DNA of 10,226 bases from positions 26,905 through 37,130 of the forward strand of contig JBBIJQ010000014.1 in the NCBI GenBank assembly GCA_037445915.1, in the 5' to 3' direction. The position numbers and the translations under genes are program-made. The notes beneath the pieces are model-generated. The model searched no databases and was not told the origin of the DNA. It saw nothing but the letters and a program-made list of their open reading frames with translations. Of this stretch, positions 6,285 through 10,226 are shown one piece after another. The stretch's first letter is position 1. Each line of letters starts with the position of its first letter. The DNA comes from Planctomycetales bacterium. Lineage in GTDB: Bacteria; 4484-113.

Positions 6285-8795
6285 TTAAGGCAGGAATGAG
6301 CGTCTTGTCTTAGACCCTTCCTTTTCCAGCTTCTTCTTCGCAAGATAACTTTCTAAGCTATCCGCAGGATTAGGGCCTTGGGCTCCGATGCCTAGTCCAA
6401 AGTGCTTCATAAAATACCAGCAAATAGTTTCAGTAATATGAACCGTGTTCTCGTCTGAAGCGGGCCCATGTCCCATCTGGGGATAGACCATCATATCAAC
6501 GTGCTTTCCCGCCTCCAGCAGCTTTGCTGTTAGCTGCGCAAAGTCCTGGAACAGGACGTTGTCATCGCGTATTCCATGTATCATAAGCAACTGCCCCTGT
6601 AGCTTGTCAGCATACTCAATCGGGTCGCTTTTTTTATAGGCTTCCTTGTTTGTTTGTGGTTCGCCGAGGCGAGCGGAAACATACCAAGAGTTGTAGTTCG
6701 CCCATTTGTTAACAGCGGCTACCGCGACCCCAACCTTAAAAGTCTCAGGAGCTTTGAACATCGCCATATTCGTAAGGAAGCCGCCGTAACTCCATCCCCA
6801 GATACCTACGCGATCTGAGTCACCCTCACCGATGCTAATTAATAAATTCGCAGCGCTGGCTGCATCGGAGACTTCAAGTTCACCTAAACGCTGGAAGACA
6901 TCAGTCCGCCATTTACGGCCATAACCTGAGCTGCCACGGTAATCAATATCCACGACGATGTAGCCAAGCGTATCAGCCATGTAGATAGAAACAGCATCCA
7001 GCCAATCGTAACTCCTCAATGCTGTTTGAGCGTAGCCTGCGCCATGAACATAGACGATGACGGGCCGCTTTTCGCCTGGTTGCGTGTATGGTGGGCGGAA
7101 GATGCGCGCGGAAAAGAACTCGCCATCCTTCTCATTAGGAATACGAACGAGTTCAGGCGTAACCCAGCGGTAAGAGTAGAACTCTGATGGGTGGTCGCGT
7201 CGAATCGCGCAGAGATGGTTACCATTTGGTAGGCTAATAACACTGTGAAACGGGCCGCGTTCGGGGGTAGAAGCGGAAATTACAACATTCGCCTCATTCC
7301 AGCTTACAGCACGGCCTCTAACAGGACTCCATGAGGCGATAATGTTAACTCCTACGCCTGAGGTTATCCGTAGAGGAATCCCGCCTTGGGCGCAAAGTTC
7401 GTATAAGTCCCGGCGGTCCGGGCCTAATTTGCTGCTGGTAAAGTAGATTCGGCTGCCGTCGCGCGGTACGTAAAGCTGCGTCACCTCGTAGTCACCATCG
7501 GTAAGCTGCACAGGCTCCGGAAGCGCTGGAGTGAATGCCTTTGCTATGCCATCTGGAAGCGCATCCGTTGCTTCCTCCTCCTTCTTGTTTTTGCCCTTGC
7601 TGTGTTTGCCTGGCGCGCTAGTGTCTGCCGTCTTTTCTGGCGGAAACTCCCAGGAAGAGATGTTCAGCTTATACAGACTCCCCCATCCATTCTTTTCGCT
7701 GCAAAATACGATGCAATCATTTCCCAACCATTGGGGTTCAGTAGTGCGGTTATACCAAGCCTCGTCCGTTTCGCTCCACACTTTCGCAGTTCGGCCGCTG
7801 GACGGTTCGGCGATGTACATGTCGTAGGACTTAGTATCTTTGCTTAGCATACCGATTTGGAGATAATGCCCGGAGGGCGACCAGCTCATATCGTAAACAT
7901 AAACTTCGCTGCTATCCCCTAGCTTTAGCATTCGCGGCTCATTACGCTTTCTGCCTGTCCGCTCAAGGTCTACAATGCCGATTTGAACTCGTTCTATCAT
8001 GTCGCCTGGGCGTGCCCGGTTCACCGGCCACGCGGCGATGTTGTCAGGGATGAAGTCAACAAGGTTTATTTGTTTCAAGCCTGAGCTGTCCACGCGGCTG
8101 AAAGCGATATAGCGTCCGCCTGGGCTCCAGGTAAATGACCCTTGCCCTTGCCCACCAGCCCCTTGGGCCACTTCGCGCAGCGATCCTGTGGCCAAGTCAT
8201 ACACCCAGTAGCAATTGTTATATTCAAAACCGAGCTGTTCGCCATCGTCTGTGAAAGAAAGCCCGCCAACCCATCCTTGCAGGTCAAGGAACAGCTCAGG
8301 CTTGGCATATATGGGCTTGCCCTTCTCGGTGTTATTCGGCTTGCAAGCAGGCAGCCTCCATATATCTCCGGCCCAAGGAATGTATAGCTTGCCATCAACT
8401 CCCCAGGTTGGAAAGCCTGCGCCACCTCGGCGATGGACTTCTTCCACTATCTCATCATCGGTCTTGCGACTTTCAGCATCCTTGTCTTCGTTAGCATCGC
8501 GTGCATTTGCGAGTTCAATAGCCTCAAATGCGCTTACCTGCCATCTATCTCCAGTGCTAACATCTAGTACCCAGACTTCGTTGAAGCCCCATCCTTTTTC
8601 ATTCCAAAGGTAAGCAATCTGCTTATCGTCTCGGCTCCAAGCAAATCCTTGCGGTTCTCTGCCTCTAATGCTTGGCTGCATATACGCTCTTAATAGCGAA
8701 AGGGATTGTGTCTCGGCGGCGCCTAGATGGGGCTGGGGAAAAGACAGCAAAATCGCGACAACCAACAGAGAACGTAGAAAGAGACCCATATTCAT
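6285..8795 (-). CDS. Secreted S9-family (DPP IV / prolyl oligopeptidase-like) serine peptidase
   Basis: Signal peptide, beta-propeller repeats (WSRDD, WSPGG, WSPSG), DYRGSSGYGRKW, nucleophile GWSYGG, Asp motif HGIRDDNV and His motif YPQMGHG. The start may be 8795 or 8789. Confidence 0.93.
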   Translation of the reverse strand: MNMGLFLRSLLVVAILLSFPQPHLGAAETQSLSLLRAYMQPSIRGREPQGFAWSRDDKQIAYLWNEKGWGFNEVWVLDVSTGDRWQVSAFEAIELANARDANEDKDAESRKTDDEIVEEVHRRGGAGFPTWGVDGKLYIPWAGDIWRLPACKPNNTEKGKPIYAKPELFLDLQGWVGGLSFTDDGEQLGFEYNNCYWVYDLATGSLREVAQGAGGQGQGSFTWSPGGRYIAFSRVDSSGLKQINLVDFIPDNIAAWPVNRARPGDMIERVQIGIVDLERTGRKRNEPRMLKLGDSSEVYVYDMSWSPSGHYLQIGMLSKDTKSYDMYIAEPSSGRTAKVWSETDEAWYNRTTEPQWLGNDCIVFCSEKNGWGSLYKLNISSWEFPPEKTADTSAPGKHSKGKNKKEEEATDALPDGIAKAFTPALPEPVQLTDGDYEVTQLYVPRDGSRIYFTSSKLGPDRRDLYELCAQGGIPLRITSGVGVNIIASWSPVRGRAVSWNEANVVISASTPERGPFHSVISLPNGNHLCAIRRDHPSEFYSYRWVTPELVRIPNEKDGEFFSARIFRPPYTQPGEKRPVIVYVHGAGYAQTALRSYDWLDAVSIYMADTLGYIVVDIDYRGSSGYGRKWRTDVFQRLGELEVSDAASAANLLISIGEGDSDRVGIWGWSYGGFLTNMAMFKAPETFKVGVAVAAVNKWANYNSWYVSARLGEPQTNKEAYKKSDPIEYADKLQGQLLMIHGIRDDNVLFQDFAQLTAKLLEAGKHVDMMVYPQMGHGPASDENTVHITETICWYFMKHFGLGIGAQGPNPADSLESYLAKKKLEKEGSKTRRSFLP

Positions 8796-8829
8796 CCCGT
8801 GCCATTGTTTAGGATTCGTGTATTTTAGC

Positions 8830-8889
8830 GTGAAATGCTGCCCGAAGTATCCTAAACTGGTGCAAGCGTGCCCGAAGTGGGGTAAAATT
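8830..8889. repeat. Imperfect 30-bp tandem duplication with exact core TGCCCGAAGT
   Basis: TGCCCGAAGT at 8839-8848 and 8869-8878. Units 8830-8859 and 8860-8889 match at 20 of 30 positions. Confidence 0.75.
8860..8888 (+). promoter_or_regulatory. Putative promoter giving a leaderless mRNA for the lipoprotein
   Basis: TAAAAT at 8883-8888 is followed by exactly 6 nt and then ATG 8895. A weak -35 (GTGCAA) sits at 17-nt spacing. There is no SD between the -10 and the ATG. Confidence 0.5.
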
Positions 8890-8894
8890 ACAAT

Positions 8895-9317
8895 ATGAAG
8901 CCTATTCGTCTAATTGCAGTTGCTCTTATCGCATCCATATCGTTATTGCTGCTATCTGGATGCAGTAGCGCTATTGGGGGCATTTTCATTGGGCTGGCTT
9001 ATGACCAGCTGATGAGCGTGGAAACTTCACGCATCAACGTTGAAAACGTGTCAGGCGTATTGTATCTACGGCAAGGAGAATCGTTCCAGCTTCAAATCAT
9101 GCACCGGCAGTTGATAGATAACAATTACGGCCGCACTTACTACGAGGAATATGTTACTGAGGAATGTAGTTACTATACGAGCGCTCCCTTAGTCGCGCGA
9201 GTAAGTGGGAGCGGGCAGATAGAAGCCATAAGCAGGGGCACCGCCACAATTAGTGCGGTGTTTAAGCTACCACTGCAAAAGGCTGACCAAGCTCATCTGA
9301 CGGTTGTTGTTGAGTGA
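8895..9317 (+). CDS. Lipoprotein with bacterial Ig-like (Big_2-like) domain
   Basis: Basic N-terminus, hydrophobic core and lipobox LSG-C23. LRQGESFQL...YTSAPLVARVSGSGQIEAISRGTATISA matches the Big_2 pattern. Confidence 0.8.
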   Translation: MKPIRLIAVALIASISLLLLSGCSSAIGGIFIGLAYDQLMSVETSRINVENVSGVLYLRQGESFQLQIMHRQLIDNNYGRTYYEEYVTEECSYYTSAPLVARVSGSGQIEAISRGTATISAVFKLPLQKADQAHLTVVVE

Positions 9318-9319
9318 TG

Positions 9320-9631
9320 CTAGTTCAGGCGGTGCAGCCTTGTGCGAAAGAGGACTAGTATGCCAAGGAGGACTAAAAGCGCGCCACCCACCAGTTGGCT
9401 TGCGCATACTGTTATCTGGTCGGTCTCCGCAAGTGCAGGGAATATGTGTGCGAGGTACGGGGTGTAAGACTTTTCAGGTATAGCCATCTCGCTAACGCCT
9501 AAGTAATACAACCCAAGAGCCAATAGCAAGAGTAACACTCCAATAGCATCAAAGATGTTCTCCATCAAAATGATTGCGCGCCCGAAACGCTGGACAGGCG
9601 TCAATTCCAGTTTCGTATTACTAGGTTTCAT
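9320..9631 (-). CDS. Small hypothetical membrane protein (2 predicted TM helices)
   Basis: 103 aa with two hydrophobic stretches (AIGVLLLLLALGLYYLGV; LVGGALLVLLGILVLF) and a basic C-terminus. It fills the gap without overlap and has a consensus -10 upstream. Confidence 0.75.
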   Translation of the reverse strand: MKPSNTKLELTPVQRFGRAIILMENIFDAIGVLLLLLALGLYYLGVSEMAIPEKSYTPYLAHIFPALAETDQITVCASQLVGGALLVLLGILVLFRTRLHRLN

Positions 9632-9642
9632 GCCCTTGTGAA

Positions 9643-9648
9643 ATTATA
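9643..9648 (-). promoter_or_regulatory. -10 element for the membrane protein gene
   Basis: Perfect TATAAT on the - strand, 11 nt upstream of the ATG at 9631. Confidence 0.5.
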
Positions 9649-9674
9649 CTATTAAGCGAGGTTGCAGCCACGAG

Positions 9675-9725
9675 GTGACCGGGTGAAGCGCCTGCTGCTA
9701 AAATAGGCATCCTCGTTGAGAGGAG
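9675..9725 (+). promoter_or_regulatory. Putative promoter and SD for the fumarate hydratase alpha gene
   Basis: GTGACC (9675-9680), 18 nt, extended -10 TG-C-TAAAAT (9696-9704), and AGGAG at 9721-9725. Confidence 0.55.
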
Positions 9726-9733
9726 TAGAACAT

Positions 9734-10226
9734 ATGCGCGAAATCTATACAAGCGATATTACTGAAGCAGTTTGCCGGCTCGCAACTGAAGCGGCATTCA
9801 ACCTGCCGGACGACTTTTTTGCAGCCTTAGAGCGGATGCTGATGTCTGAGAAGTCTGAAATGGGTAGGCATGTTATCGGCCAGCTCATAAAGAACGCTAA
9901 GCTGGCGAAAGACGAGCAACTTCCAATGTGCCAGGATACTGGAATGGCTATCCTATTCGTTGAGGTTGGGCAGGATGTTCATGTCATTGGCGGCAGCCTG
10001 GCTGAAGCAATCAATGAAGGAGTCCGCCGGTCCTATGGGGACAACTATTTACGCAAGAGCATATATGCAAATCCCTACAGGCGGGACGAGAATACCGGCG
10101 ATAACACTCCTGCAATCATCCATTACGACATCGTTCCCGGGGATAAACTGAGGATTGTTTTCGCGGCTAAAGGTGGTGGCAGCGAGAATATGAGCACGGT
10201 GCGGATGCTGCGCCCTGCAGACGGGA
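9734..10226 (+). CDS. Class I Fe-S fumarate hydratase / L-tartrate dehydratase alpha subunit (3'-truncated by the window)
   Basis: Manual translation from ATG 9734 gives MREIYTSDITEAVCRLATEAAFNLPDD...PMCQDTG...YLRKS...NTGDNTPAII...AKGGGSENMS. CQDTG and KGGGSEN are family signatures. There is no stop before the window end, so the ORF track misses it. Confidence 0.95.
   Translation, partial: MREIYTSDITEAVCRLATEAAFNLPDDFFAALERMLMSEKSEMGRHVIGQLIKNAKLAKDEQLPMCQDTGMAILFVEVGQDVHVIGGSLAEAINEGVRRSYGDNYLRKSIYANPYRRDENTGDNTPAIIHYDIVPGDKLRIVFAAKGGGSENMSTVRMLRPADG

Noticed and set aside
8839..8878. Direct repeat as a mini-CRISPR or IS target-site duplication
   Set aside because: Only two 10-bp copies separated by 20 nt, with no cas or transposase genes in the window.
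7016..8898. Short ORFs within or opposite the S9 peptidase (7016-7243, 7531-7827, 7602-7847, 8075-8425, 8142-8387, 8215-8613, 8668-8898)
   Set aside because: Shadow ORFs of an intact 836-aa gene.
2105..9642. TTGTGAA (Rex-like half site) at 2105, 5730 and 9636, each at the edge of a promoter region
   Set aside because: None has the TTCACAA second half, and two of them are simply Leu codon plus TGA stop.
9960..10151. 63-aa ORF from the track
   Set aside because: It is out of frame inside the fumarate hydratase alpha CDS that starts at 9734.

Overview
Ordinary-looking bacterial chromosomal window, densely coding, with no mobile element, CRISPR array, rRNA or tRNA that I can see. The + strand carries the 3' part of gatA, then gatB, then a tightly packed run of gap, a secreted DUF4412-like protein, a sigma70-family factor lacking region 1.1 and a PflX-type radical SAM protein. 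A single-RRM RNA-binding protein follows under its own apparent promoter. A secreted S9-family peptidase on the - strand converges on it. After that come a divergent Ig-like lipoprotein (+), a 2-TM membrane protein (-) and the 5' part of a class I fumarate hydratase/tartrate dehydratase alpha subunit (+; missing from the ORF track because it runs off the window). The most interesting signal is non-coding. The ~147-nt leader of the RRM gene can fold into a long helix that buries the ribosome-binding region. The same leader also has two nested long-range complementarities to the end of the CDS and the 3' UTR, which compete with that fold. This is a candidate mRNA structural switch. All pairings were found by eye and are not validated by folding or covariation analysis.
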